Below are positions 1-9,322 of a stretch of 36,841 bases of DNA, piece after piece. The DNA comes from a bacterium (GTDB lineage Bacteria; Margulisbacteria; WOR-1; O2-12-FULL-45-9; XYB2-FULL-48-7): NCBI GenBank assembly GCA_043812655.1, contig JBDRLW010000012.1, positions 1 through 36,841 on the forward strand. Reading direction: 5' to 3'. The stretch's first letter is position 1. Each line of letters starts with the position of its first letter. Both the position numbers and the translations under genes were made by a program. The notes beneath the pieces were generated by a model that was given only the letters and a program-made list of their open reading frames with translations, did not search any database and was not told the DNA's origin.

Positions 1-903
1 GATTTTTATAACCGGGTTGATACCAGGACGGTTAATAAAAAAGTTGTAGAAAGCCTGATCAAAGCTGGGGCGTTTGATTCTTTTGCCCAGGGAAGGGCTT
101 TTCTCCTTTCTAATGTTGAGCGGATGATCAGTCGGATGAACTCTCTCCAAAAAGAACGGGCAAATGGGCAGGAGAGTCTTTTTGGGGAAATGAAAATGAC
201 GAATGACGAATTACGAATGACGAATGAAGGTGTTATTGATTTTACGCCAGAGCAATTGCTAAGGATGGAAAAGGAACTGCTTGGGCTCTATATTTCATCG
301 CATCCGTTAGAACGAGTCAAAGAATCGCTCGACGCGCAAACCTCTATTAATTTAATTGATATTCCGGAAATGAATGAAAATGAACAGGTTAAGGCCGGTG
401 GGATTCTCTCTGATTGCAAGAGGATCGTCACAAAGAAGGGTGACGCGATGATGTCGGCAAACCTTGAGGATTTGACTGGCACAACCTCGATCATTGTTTT
501 TCCCAAAGCTTATGAAAAATGTTCGGCTTTTTTAAATAATGATGATATGGTGATTGTTAAAGGCAGGTTAAGCCGCGATTTTCGGACAGAAGAATTAAAA
601 ATTACAGTTGAAGAAGTAGAACCATTAATTGAACTGGAAAAGGTCCGCTCACTTAAGGTAGAATTGATAGACATCAGCGATCACGCGGTTTTAGCCAAGA
701 TGAAGGAAGTTTTAGCTCTGTTTCGGGGAAATGATCCGGTGGTGATCAGGATGGATGGCAGAAGTGTCGCTCTAGGCAAAAATAATTGGGTCGAGATCAA
801 TCCTGATTTGATCGAACAACTCGAAACCCTTTTAGGTCGCGGCGCGGTTAATGTGGAATTCAAAGTTCAAAAGAAAGTGGAGGTATTAGCAGGTGGAAAT
901 TAA
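1..903 (+). CDS. dnaE: DNA polymerase III alpha subunit, C-terminal part (5' truncated by window edge)
   Basis: Frame is open from base 1 ([28 protein letters not shown]). Contains [15 protein letters not shown] and the OB-fold segment TKKGDAM..LEDLTG..IVFPKAY typical of DnaE. Confidence 0.97.
   Translation, partial: DFYNRVDTRTVNKKVVESLIKAGAFDSFAQGRAFLLSNVERMISRMNSLQKERANGQESLFGEMKMTNDELRMTNEGVIDFTPEQLLRMEKELLGLYISSHPLERVKESLDAQTSINLIDIPEMNENEQVKAGGILSDCKRIVTKKGDAMMSANLEDLTGTTSIIVFPKAYEKCSAFLNNDDMVIVKGRLSRDFRTEELKITVEEVEPLIELEKVRSLKVELIDISDHAVLAKMKEVLALFRGNDPVVIRMDGRSVALGKNNWVEINPDLIEQLETLLGRGAVNVEFKVQKKVEVLAGGN
195..229 (+). repeat. Heptamer tandem repeat (AATGACG x5, two variant units) inside dnaE
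   Basis: AATGACG AATGACG AATTACG AATGACG AATGAAG read directly; encodes [11 protein letters not shown]. Confidence 0.9.
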
Positions 904-1204
904 ATTTGATGCGAATGGTCTGGTTCCGGTTATTGCCCAAGATTATAAGGATGGAGCGGTTTTAATGCTGGCGTATATGAATAAAGAGTCGCTGCAGATG
1001 ACGCTAGACACTAAGGAAATGGTCTACTGGTCGCGGTCCCGAAAAACTCTTTGGCACAAAGGTGACACGTCCGGCCACATCCAAAAAGTGAAAGAGCTCT
1101 ATTATGATTGCGACGCCGATGCGATCTTAGCCAAGATCGAACAGGTTGGCGACTGCGCTTGCCATACTGGCAATCGGAGTTGTTTTTTTAATAAGGTGGA
1201 TTAA
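893..1204 (+). CDS. hisI: Phosphoribosyl-AMP cyclohydrolase
   Basis: [39 protein letters not shown] and [10 protein letters not shown] motifs. GTG start overlaps the dnaE end, with GGAGG upstream. Confidence 0.97.
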   Translation: MEIKFDANGLVPVIAQDYKDGAVLMLAYMNKESLQMTLDTKEMVYWSRSRKTLWHKGDTSGHIQKVKELYYDCDADAILAKIEQVGDCACHTGNRSCFFNKVD

Positions 1205-1242
1205 GGGCACCTATCTCCCCGACCAACAACGTCAATTTATAC

Positions 1243-1276
1243 TGTTATACCCTACAATTAATTGTGGGGTATAACA
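1243..1276. repeat. 34-bp near-perfect palindrome (ATACC-N4-AATTAATT-N4-GGTAT family)
   Basis: TGTTATACCCTACAATTAATTGTGGGGTATAACA; 16 of 17 pairs are Watson-Crick, one T:G. Same architecture as 32897-32924. Confidence 0.85.
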
Positions 1277-1300
1277 AAACACACTTGCTTACCATCCCCA

Positions 1301-1339
1301 AACAAAAAGCCCCTTTACCAAATTAATGATAAAGGAGCT
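1301..1339 (-). terminator. Rho-independent terminator for the minus-strand orphan gene
   Basis: Minus strand AGCTCCTTTATCA-TTAATT-TGGTAAAGGGGCT followed by TTTTGTTT. The two mismatches are G:U only on the minus strand. Lies 21 nt past the stop codon. Confidence 0.8.
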
Positions 1340-1360
1340 AAATGTTTTCCTGAAAAATAG

Positions 1361-1738
1361 TTATTTTTTTGGATTATATTTTGCAGGATTTTGAACGTCT
1401 CGATAAAACATTTCATCTCTTCCTGATGCAGTAACGCCAGTATATCTTGTCCCATTCTCAATTACTGGTGAATGTTCTTCATCAATAGTATCTACGCCGT
1501 TGGGAATAAGTCCAATTTTGCCAGTCTGAAGACCTAATGCTGCCCTAGTCGGCAATGCTAGATCGGTTGTAGCCATATACTTCAATGACTTGAAAGGACC
1601 AATTTCCCAAGCTTCTTTATTTAAAGGCCTTAAAACATTTTTCTGTGCATTAACTTGATGCAATACTGTGTGAGTCTTTGCTTTAATAGCAGAGGCAACC
1701 CGTTGATAAGCATGAACGATAACTTTTGAAACATTCAT
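1361..1738 (-). CDS. Hypothetical protein (orphan, AT-rich)
   Basis: ATG at 1738 preceded by GGAGG; has its own terminator and a candidate promoter; no recognisable motif. Confidence 0.7.
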   Translation of the reverse strand: MNVSKVIVHAYQRVASAIKAKTHTVLHQVNAQKNVLRPLNKEAWEIGPFKSLKYMATTDLALPTRAALGLQTGKIGLIPNGVDTIDEEHSPVIENGTRYTGVTASGRDEMFYRDVQNPAKYNPKK

Positions 1739-1851
1739 TTTATTTTCCTCCAAATTTATTTTTGATCCAGAAATCTGAAACCGTTTGGATTTTGTAAATC
1801 TCTTATCCCACCTCCATGTTAAAATTAATAAACATCAACCTTTACACATAT

Positions 1852-1880
1852 ATATCGTCTGATTATTGTAGAAATTTCAC
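1852..1880 (-). promoter_or_regulatory. Candidate alternative-sigma (sigma-28-like) promoter GTGAAATTT-N12-GACGATAT
   Basis: Same motif and spacing recur at 15232-15260; resembles the FliA consensus TAAAGTTT-N11-GCCGATAA. Confidence 0.5.
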
Positions 1881-1943
1881 TTTTTTTAGTATAAAATGTA
1901 TCTCTCACCTGCTAACGCTAGAGAGAAAAAACCTCGCATATTA

Positions 1944-1992
1944 CCCTCTCCCTCTGGGAGAGGGGGAAATGTTAAGCTTGGCTGGGTGAGGG
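1944..1992. repeat. CCCTCTCCC-N3-GGGAGAGGG...GGGTGAGGG palindromic element
   Basis: Perfect 9-bp stem at 1944-1964 with an alternative pairing arm GGGTGAGGG at 1984-1992. Confidence 0.75.
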
Positions 1993-2045
1993 CATTATGA
2001 ACGACAAAACCGTTATTAAAATGACAAATGAATAGAGGGAAACAA

Positions 2046-2894
2046 ATGCCAAATAAAAACGACCAACATATCGCCATTTTTCGCGGCAAAGAGATAAGAA
2101 AGGCCATTCATAATAATGAATGGTGGTTTTCGATTGTGGATATAATTGAAGTATTGACAGGAAGCGACCGGCCCAGAAAATACTGGAATGACTTGAAAAA
2201 AAAGCTTGAAAAAGAGGGTTATTCCGAAGTGTCCGAAAAAATCGGACAGTTGAAAATACCTGCTCCTGATGGGAAAATGCGGGAAACTGATTGCGCTAAT
2301 ACCGAAACCTTGTTTCGAATTATCCAAACTATCCCCTCGCCAAAAGCGGAGCTTTTTAAGCGCTGGTTGGCTAAAGTCGGCTATGAAAGAATACAGGAGA
2401 TCGAAGACCCAGAGCTGGCAACAAAAAGAACCAGGGCTCTTTATAAAGCTAAAGGTTATCCTGATGATTGGATCGAAAAACGGATGCGCGGGATTGCCAT
2501 TAGGGAAGAATTGACCGATGAATGGAAAAATCGTGGGGCAGAGAATGAACGGGATTTCGCCATCTTGACAGCAGAAATATCCGAAGCGACTTTTGGACTA
2601 AAACCGAATGAATATAAGAAATTAAAAGGACTGAAACGCGAAAACCTGCGCGATCATATGAATGATTTTGAATTGATCTTTTCCATGCTGGGAGAGCGGT
2701 CAACGACGGAAATTCATCGCAACGAAAACTCAAATGGCATTAAGAAGTTAAAAAAAGACGCCGAAGTGGGAGGCCGGATCGCCGGCAACGCCAGACAAGA
2801 GCTCGAGAAAAAATTAGGCCGATCAGTTGTTTCTAGAGAAAATTATTTGCAAAATATGCAACAGTTAAAAATAAAGAGCGTAAGAAATGACTGA
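2046..2894 (+). CDS. Bro-N domain protein (phage antirepressor-like)
   Basis: Bro-N N-terminus (FRGKEIRK..EWWFSIVDIIEVLT..PRKYWNDLKKKL), IPSPKAELFKRWLAKVGYERIQEIEDPEL, and C-terminal LRDHM..ELIF. ATG at 2046 follows GAGGG; the ORF track starts at 2028. Confidence 0.88.
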   Translation: MPNKNDQHIAIFRGKEIRKAIHNNEWWFSIVDIIEVLTGSDRPRKYWNDLKKKLEKEGYSEVSEKIGQLKIPAPDGKMRETDCANTETLFRIIQTIPSPKAELFKRWLAKVGYERIQEIEDPELATKRTRALYKAKGYPDDWIEKRMRGIAIREELTDEWKNRGAENERDFAILTAEISEATFGLKPNEYKKLKGLKRENLRDHMNDFELIFSMLGERSTTEIHRNENSNGIKKLKKDAEVGGRIAGNARQELEKKLGRSVVSRENYLQNMQQLKIKSVRND

Positions 2895-3696
2895 TAATAT
2901 ATTTGAACAAATTAAAAAGGTCAATGAATACAAGAAAGAGTACTGGAGCGCCCGTGAGCTCATGGCACCTCTTGGATATGTTAGATGGGAGAACTTTGAA
3001 GTAGCGATAGCGCGAGCGAAAGAGTCTTGCGGTAACAGCAAACAAAACATAGAAGACCATTTTCGTGATGTCACGAAAATGGTCCAAATCGGCTCAGGGA
3101 CAGTGCGACCAATTGATGATTATAATCTTTCCCGCTACGCTTGCTACCTGATCGCCCAAAATGGCGATCCCAAAAAAGAAGAGATTGCCCTGGCACAGAC
3201 TTATTTTGTCATCCAAACAAGACGACAGGAAGTCCATGAATTGCAGATTGAGAACGGCAAGCGCATTTATCTGCGCAGCGAGATGAAGGAGCACAATAAG
3301 AACCTCGCCAAGGCTGCCAAGGAAGCGGGGGTCATCAATTACGCTAATTTTCAGGATTATGGCTACATGGGGCTTTATGGTGGGTTGCGCCAAAAAAATA
3401 TTCATGCCAGGAAAAGGTTAAAAAAGACCCAGGCGATACTTGATCATATGGGAAGCGAAGAGTTGGCAGCCAATCTTTTCCGTGCTACACAGGCAGAGGC
3501 CAAATTAAAAAGGGAAAATATCTTTGGGCAGGAAAAAGCGAACAAAGCTCATCATGAAGTTGGCAAAAAGGTTCGCCAAACGATCAAAGAACTGGGCGGC
3601 ACCATGCCGGAACATCTGCCAACCCAGGAAAACATCAAAGAATCAAAAAAACGACTAAAGAAAATGACTAAGAACTCCTTGCCCAAAGAAATCTAA
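2887..3696 (+). CDS. dinD: DNA damage-inducible protein D
   Basis: [68 protein letters not shown] and GGTMPE.LP motifs. Confidence 0.92.
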   Translation: MTDNIFEQIKKVNEYKKEYWSARELMAPLGYVRWENFEVAIARAKESCGNSKQNIEDHFRDVTKMVQIGSGTVRPIDDYNLSRYACYLIAQNGDPKKEEIALAQTYFVIQTRRQEVHELQIENGKRIYLRSEMKEHNKNLAKAAKEAGVINYANFQDYGYMGLYGGLRQKNIHARKRLKKTQAILDHMGSEELAANLFRATQAEAKLKRENIFGQEKANKAHHEVGKKVRQTIKELGGTMPEHLPTQENIKESKKRLKKMTKNSLPKEI

Positions 3697-3697
3697 C

Positions 3698-6499
3698 ATG
3701 GACAAAATCATCATTAAAGGCGCCAGGGAACATAATCTTAAGAACGTTAATCTTGAGATCCCGCGGAACAAGTTTGTTGTATTTACCGGGCTTTCGGGTT
3801 CTGGAAAATCGTCACTGGCGTTTGACACGCTCTACGCCGAAGGGCAGAGGCGGTATGTTGAATCACTTTCGGCTTATGCCAGGCAATTCCTGGAGCAGAT
3901 GCAAAAGCCGGATGTCGATTCAATCGAAGGCTTATCCCCAGCAATTTCGATCGACCAGAAATCGCCGCCTAGGAACCCACGATCTACGGTTGGAACGGTA
4001 ACTGAAATATACGACTATTTAAGGCTTCTCTTTGCCAATATTGGCATTCCACACTGCCCAAAATGCGGACGGAAGATCGAGAAACAGACCGTCCCGCAAA
4101 TCGTTGACCAGATCATGTGGGAGATCAAAGATAAACCAATTGTTGTTATGGCCCCGGCGATCAGAGGGAAAAAGGGTGAATATAAATCGCTCTTTGAAGA
4201 TATCGCCAAAGATGGGTTTGTCCGGGTTAGAGTCGATAAAAAGATCTATGAGATCAGCGAAGTTCCAGTCCTTAATAAAAAGATCAAGCATGACATTGAT
4301 ATTGTCATCGACCGGCTAACAACCAGTGCCAGCAACCGAAAAAGATTGTCTGAATCAGTCGAAACAGCACTCCGCTATGGCAATGGTTTATTGATCGTTC
4401 TTCATGGTAACAAGGAAGAGAATTATTCCGAGAAGTTTGCCTGTCCCAACTGCAATATTTCCCTTGATGAAATAACCCCACGGATTTTCTCGTTCAACAG
4501 CCCTTACGGCGCCTGTCCCAAATGCAATGGGTTAGGGGATCGGTTGGAATTTGATCCTGACCTAATTATTCCAGATAAGAATTTAACGCTGGCTGAAGGG
4601 GCGGTTGCCCCTTGGGGTGAAGCGGCCAGTTATTACCTGCAAAAGGCTGATTCCGTCGGCAAAGTTTTTGGTTTTGATCTTAATACACCAATTAAGAAAT
4701 TTAATAAGGAACAAATAAACGTCCTTCTTTACGGGACCGATAAACCGATCAAATTTCAAGTTGTGATGTCAAAAGGTTACTGGGAGCATGAAGGGAAGTT
4801 TGAAGGCGTTCTCACCAACTTGCGCCGCCGCTATCTCGAAACCAAATCAGAAAATATCCGTTATTACTTACACCGCTATATGAGTGAAATTACTTGTCAG
4901 GCTTGCCATGGCGAGCGTCTACGGCCGGAAAGCTTAGCGGTTAAAGTTGCCGACCAATCGATCTCTGAAGTTACCGCTTTATCGATCAAAAAAACGACTA
5001 GCTTCCTAGACGATCTAAAATTAACTGACAGGGAACTGCTAATTGCCAAGCAGATCATTAAAGAAATTAAGTCGCGATTAAAATTCCTCTCTGATGTTGG
5101 TTTAGATTATCTCTCGCTCGATCGCCATTCTTCAACTCTGTCGGGTGGCGAAGCTCAAAGGACTAGGCTGGCCACCCAAGTCGGTTCTGGGTTGGTCGGC
5201 GTCCTTTATATTTTAGATGAACCGTCGATCGGCCTTCACCAACGCGACAACGGTCGCTTAATTAATACCCTTCATCGTCTCCGTGATCTGGGCAACACCA
5301 TTGTAGTAGTGGAACATGATGAAGAAACAATGAGGCTGGCTGATCATCTGGTTGATATTGGCCCAGGAGCAGGGGTGCATGGCGGAAAAATCGTCGCCAC
5401 CGGTTCAGTCGCTGATCTGGAGAAAGAAGAAGGATCGATCACCGGCCAATATCTTTCCGGCAAAGCTAAGATCGTTGTTCCTAATGAGAGAAAAGCCGGC
5501 AATGACAAGTTCATTACGATTAAAGGCGCTAAACATCACAACCTGAAAAATATTACGGTCAATTTTCCGCTTGGCGTTTTCACCTGCATCACCGGCGTCT
5601 CTGGCTCCGGCAAAAGCTCGCTCATCAATGATATTTTATACAAAGCTTTGGCTAAAAAGTTTTACCGCTCGCTGGAAAAACCGGGTGAGCATCACGAAAT
5701 TACCGGGATCGAAAATATTGATAAAGTTATTATTATCGACCAGACGGCGATCGGCCGGACACCGAGGTCTAATCCCGCTACTTATACCGGAGTCTTTAAC
5801 CATATCCGCGATCTCTTTACGATGACCCAAGAGTCGAGGATGCGCGGTTATCAACCTGGACGGTTCTCTTTTAACGTTAAAGGCGGCCGGTGTGAAGCTT
5901 GCCATGGCGATGGGCTCGTCAAGATCGAAATGCATTTTCTACCCGACGTTTACGTCCCTTGCGATGTTTGCAAGGGAAAGCGTTATAATCGGGAAACCCT
6001 CGAAGTCCATTATAAAGGGAAAAGCATTTATGATGTTCTCGACATGACGGTTGAGGAAGCGATTAGCTTATTTGAAAACATTCCCCAGATCAGCAAGAAG
6101 CTGCAAACCTTGCACGATGTCGGTCTAGATTATGTTAAGCTCGGCCAGGCAGCTACGACTTTATCCGGCGGTGAAGCCCAGAGAATTAAACTGGCGACTG
6201 AACTGGCCTCTAGATCGACCGGCAAAACCTTATATCTCCTCGATGAACCAACGACCGGCCTTCATTTTGCCGACATCAAAAAGCTGCTTGAAGTTTTACA
6301 TCGGCTGGTTTCCACCGGCAATTCGGTTTTTGTCATTGAACACAATCTCGACGTCATTAAAACCGCCGATCATATCATTGATCTTGGCCCGGAGGGTGGG
6401 GATGAGGGGGGACAAGTGATCGCCCAAGGGACGCCCGAAGAAGTTGCCAAGGAACCCAAAAGCTACACCGGCAAGTACCTTAAAAAAGTGTTAAAATAG
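3698..6499 (+). CDS. uvrA: Excinuclease ABC subunit A
   Basis: GAREHNLKN, two Walker A motifs ([18 protein letters not shown]), two LSGGEAQR signatures, zinc fingers; 933 aa. Confidence 0.99.
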   Translation: MDKIIIKGAREHNLKNVNLEIPRNKFVVFTGLSGSGKSSLAFDTLYAEGQRRYVESLSAYARQFLEQMQKPDVDSIEGLSPAISIDQKSPPRNPRSTVGTVTEIYDYLRLLFANIGIPHCPKCGRKIEKQTVPQIVDQIMWEIKDKPIVVMAPAIRGKKGEYKSLFEDIAKDGFVRVRVDKKIYEISEVPVLNKKIKHDIDIVIDRLTTSASNRKRLSESVETALRYGNGLLIVLHGNKEENYSEKFACPNCNISLDEITPRIFSFNSPYGACPKCNGLGDRLEFDPDLIIPDKNLTLAEGAVAPWGEAASYYLQKADSVGKVFGFDLNTPIKKFNKEQINVLLYGTDKPIKFQVVMSKGYWEHEGKFEGVLTNLRRRYLETKSENIRYYLHRYMSEITCQACHGERLRPESLAVKVADQSISEVTALSIKKTTSFLDDLKLTDRELLIAKQIIKEIKSRLKFLSDVGLDYLSLDRHSSTLSGGEAQRTRLATQVGSGLVGVLYILDEPSIGLHQRDNGRLINTLHRLRDLGNTIVVVEHDEETMRLADHLVDIGPGAGVHGGKIVATGSVADLEKEEGSITGQYLSGKAKIVVPNERKAGNDKFITIKGAKHHNLKNITVNFPLGVFTCITGVSGSGKSSLINDILYKALAKKFYRSLEKPGEHHEITGIENIDKVIIIDQTAIGRTPRSNPATYTGVFNHIRDLFTMTQESRMRGYQPGRFSFNVKGGRCEACHGDGLVKIEMHFLPDVYVPCDVCKGKRYNRETLEVHYKGKSIYDVLDMTVEEAISLFENIPQISKKLQTLHDVGLDYVKLGQAATTLSGGEAQRIKLATELASRSTGKTLYLLDEPTTGLHFADIKKLLEVLHRLVSTGNSVFVIEHNLDVIKTADHIIDLGPEGGDEGGQVIAQGTPEEVAKEPKSYTGKYLKKVLK

Positions 6500-6503
6500 A
6501 TAT

Positions 6504-7844
6504 ATGGCTGAAAACAGAGTACCCCCGCAAAATTTGGCCGCCGAACAATCGGTGATCGGCTCGATGTTGCTTGATAAGAACGCCGCCATGCGGGCGTTTG
6601 AGGTTTTGGCGCCAGATAGTTTCTACCGCGATGCCCACCGTTTTATTTATGAAGCGATCGTCGAGCTATTTGAGCGGGGTGAACCAGTCGACCTGGTCAC
6701 GGTAACTGAAGTATTGCGCAAAGCTGGAAAATTAGACTCCGTTGGCGGCTCGATCTACATTGCCGACCTGCTTAATTCTGTCCCGACCTCCGCTAACGTT
6801 GATTATTACGCCAAGATCGTCGAAGAAAAGGCAATTTTGCGGCGGTTAATTGAATCGGGAACAAGAATTGTTTCCGATGCTTTCAGCGAACCGGAAGACG
6901 TCAATCTGATCCTCGACCAGGCAGAAAAATCGATCTTTGAGATCGCCTTAAAAAGGACAAGAGAAGGGTTCCACCGGATCGATTCGGTCATTAAAAACGT
7001 TTTGGATAAGATCGATTCTTTATACGGAAAAAAAGACGCGATCACCGGCACGCCAACCGGTTTCCCTGATCTTGACCAATTGACCGCCGGTTTCCAGCCA
7101 TCGGATCTAATTATCATTGCCGCCCGGCCTTCGGTCGGTAAAACCGCTTTCGCCCTTAACATCGCCCAGGAAGTCGCGATCAAACATAAGATCCCGGTCG
7201 CCATCTTCTCGCTGGAAATGAGCAAAGAGTCGCTGGCCCAAAGAATGCTCTGCTCCGAAGCCGAAGTAAACGCCCAACAATTAAAAACCGCAACGCTCTC
7301 TGATACCGGCTGGAAAAAATTAACCCGTGCCCTTGGCCGCTTATCAGAAGCACAATTATATATTGATGACGCGGCGTCAGTTACGGCCCTTGAGATCAGG
7401 GCCAAAGCCAGGCGTTTAAAATTAGAAAAGGGCTTGGGCCTGATCATTGTCGATTATCTCCAGCTCATGCGCGGCAAGGCCCATTCGGAAAACCGGGTGC
7501 AGGAAATTTCCGATATTGCCCGGTCGCTTAAAACCTTGGCCAGGGAGCTTGAAGTCCCAGTGATCGCGCTGTCCCAGCTTTCGCGCGCGGTCGAACAGCG
7601 GCCAGACCGGATCCCCCGGCTATCAGACCTCCGGGAATCAGGCGAAATTGAGCAGACAGCTGATCTCGTCATGTTCATCCACCGGGAAGATTATTATAAT
7701 CCCCAGACCGAGAGGGGGAACATTGCCGAGATCATTATTGCCAAGCAGAGGAACGGGCCAATCGGCACCATTGAACTCGTCTTCCGCAAAGAACTGGCTA
7801 AATTCAGCAGTAAAGAAACCAGATATGAAGAAATCACCGCTTAG
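6504..7844 (+). CDS. dnaB: Replicative DNA helicase
   Basis: PPQNLAAEQSVIG, AARPSVGKT, IVDYLQLM, LSQLSRAVEQR, LSDLRESGEIEQTAD and IIAKQRNGP motifs. Confidence 0.99.
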   Translation: MAENRVPPQNLAAEQSVIGSMLLDKNAAMRAFEVLAPDSFYRDAHRFIYEAIVELFERGEPVDLVTVTEVLRKAGKLDSVGGSIYIADLLNSVPTSANVDYYAKIVEEKAILRRLIESGTRIVSDAFSEPEDVNLILDQAEKSIFEIALKRTREGFHRIDSVIKNVLDKIDSLYGKKDAITGTPTGFPDLDQLTAGFQPSDLIIIAARPSVGKTAFALNIAQEVAIKHKIPVAIFSLEMSKESLAQRMLCSEAEVNAQQLKTATLSDTGWKKLTRALGRLSEAQLYIDDAASVTALEIRAKARRLKLEKGLGLIIVDYLQLMRGKAHSENRVQEISDIARSLKTLARELEVPVIALSQLSRAVEQRPDRIPRLSDLRESGEIEQTADLVMFIHREDYYNPQTERGNIAEIIIAKQRNGPIGTIELVFRKELAKFSSKETRYEEITA

Positions 7845-9321
7845 CTGTTTCTTTTTATTACTTTTAATTATTCCTTCATTTGTAATTTGTCATTTGTCAT
7901 TTGTCATTTGCCCTGCTTATGCGCAGTTAAAAGACCTGGCGATCAGCGCCGACAAAGTTACCGTTGAGAAACACAAACAGCAGATCGAAGCGACCGGGTC
8001 GGTCGAAGTAACTTATAAAAAACTCCGCCTGACTGGAGAACACCTTATTTACAATTCGTCTTCCGAAGTATTGAACCTTGACCGCGGCTTCTCCTGTTTT
8101 TATGAAGGGACAACGATCGAGGGTAAAGTTATAGATTTTTACCTGGAAAATAATAGCGGCACAGCCAAAGAGGTTTCTTTTCTCTATGAAGGGGTAGAGC
8201 TTTACGGCAAAAAACTGACATTTAACAAAGAAGAATTTTCCTTAACCAATGCGCACTTCTCAACCTGTAACCTTCGGGAACCCCATTATCATGTCAGCGC
8301 GGCTAACCTCAACCTTTATCCCAAGTCGGGCTGGCTGGTCGCTTATTGGGGGCTTTTTTGGCTGGGAAACCTGCCGATAGTCCCAATGCCAACTTATATT
8401 TATGATTTCCGGGCGGCCGAAAGGAATACCAAAAATTTACCGCCATTTCCGGAGATCGGCTCAAATGATGAGGATGGCAGTTATATCATTGAAAGCTTAG
8501 CCTGGCATTTGCGCCGGGAGCTTTCCGGCTCTTACAGTTTAGGCTACGCCGCGAATAAAAACTTGCTCCTTGGGCTTAACGGCAACTATATAATTAATGA
8601 TAGCAACGCTGGGAACTTACGTCTTAATTGGAATCAAGTTAACCGCTTCTATGGGGGGATAACCCACGTCTATTCTTTTGGCCGCGAGATCACCCCGTTT
8701 TTCCGCCAGTACCAGCTTGAAGCAACGCTCTCTTCAAAAGAAAGGATCAATTACCAACGGGTCAGTTTTCTGCCTAACTTGCGCCTGCGCGAACATGGGG
8801 GAGAAATTGCGGAATTTTTGTATGATTATGAACTTATTGCCGGCCGGGTCGCGGAAGAAGGGAATACCGAGTTAAACCGGGGGGGAGTGCAGGGAAAAGT
8901 CTACCAAAGCTATTACGACCAAACCTTTGGGGTTTTAACTCCTTCGCTCAATATGGACGCGCTCTTTTATTCTAATAACACTAAATGGATAAAACCTTCA
9001 TTTGGCTTTGATGTTGCCAAACAGCTGTCTAGTGACCTGCTTCTGGGCATAGGCTACCAGCATTATTTTTTCTTTAGGGGCCAAAGCCCGTTCAATTACG
9101 AAATGTATCGCTTTAAACCGGCCGACCGCTTGACCGGCGCCTTAAATTTCAAGCTGGGAGAAACAGCCGCTAAAATTTACAGTTCCTATTATCTTGATAA
9201 TTGGACAGCCGAAGATATTGATTACACTTTATTTTTCCGCCTCCACTGTTATAATCTAGAAGCGACCTATCGCTCAATGAGGAACGAATTCCAAGTCGGC
9301 GTCAGTTTAGCGGGGAATTAA
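7825..9321 (+). CDS. LptD-like (OstA domain plus beta-barrel) outer-membrane protein
   Basis: Signal peptide MKKSPL...AYA, ISADKV..IEATGSVEV OstA-like strands, FSTC...PHYHVSA motif, P.IGSN..DG, aromatic-rich beta strands. Start moved to ATG 7825. Confidence 0.75.
   Translation: MKKSPLSCFFLLLLIIPSFVICHLSFVICPAYAQLKDLAISADKVTVEKHKQQIEATGSVEVTYKKLRLTGEHLIYNSSSEVLNLDRGFSCFYEGTTIEGKVIDFYLENNSGTAKEVSFLYEGVELYGKKLTFNKEEFSLTNAHFSTCNLREPHYHVSAANLNLYPKSGWLVAYWGLFWLGNLPIVPMPTYIYDFRAAERNTKNLPPFPEIGSNDEDGSYIIESLAWHLRRELSGSYSLGYAANKNLLLGLNGNYIINDSNAGNLRLNWNQVNRFYGGITHVYSFGREITPFFRQYQLEATLSSKERINYQRVSFLPNLRLREHGGEIAEFLYDYELIAGRVAEEGNTELNRGGVQGKVYQSYYDQTFGVLTPSLNMDALFYSNNTKWIKPSFGFDVAKQLSSDLLLGIGYQHYFFFRGQSPFNYEMYRFKPADRLTGALNFKLGETAAKIYSSYYLDNWTAEDIDYTLFFRLHCYNLEATYRSMRNEFQVGVSLAGN
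7876..7910 (+). repeat. Heptamer tandem repeat (TCATTTG x5, one variant), STRR2-like, inside the signal peptide
   Basis: TCATTTG TAATTTG TCATTTG TCATTTG TCATTTG; encodes SFVICHLSFVIC. Confidence 0.9.
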
Positions 9322-9322
9322 A

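Noticed and set aside
1880..2045. LexA/SOS box upstream of Bro-N-dinD-uvrA
   Set aside because: No match found to CTGT-N8-ACAG, GAAC-N4-GTTC or the cyanobacterial AGTAC-N4-GTTC pattern; GAACGACAAAAC is too weak.
1886..2107. 73-aa minus-strand ORF containing LTQPSLTFPPLPEGEG
   Set aside because: It is the translation of the palindromic repeat plus antisense Bro-N sequence; no RBS or protein features.
7648..7824. N-terminal 59 codons of the 557-aa ORF overlapping dnaB
   Set aside because: Alternative-frame read-through of dnaB; a signal peptide begins at ATG 7825.
6504..7844. Intein in DnaB or in the visible part of DnaE
   Set aside because: DnaB is normal length with contiguous motifs; no intein-like block is visible in either.
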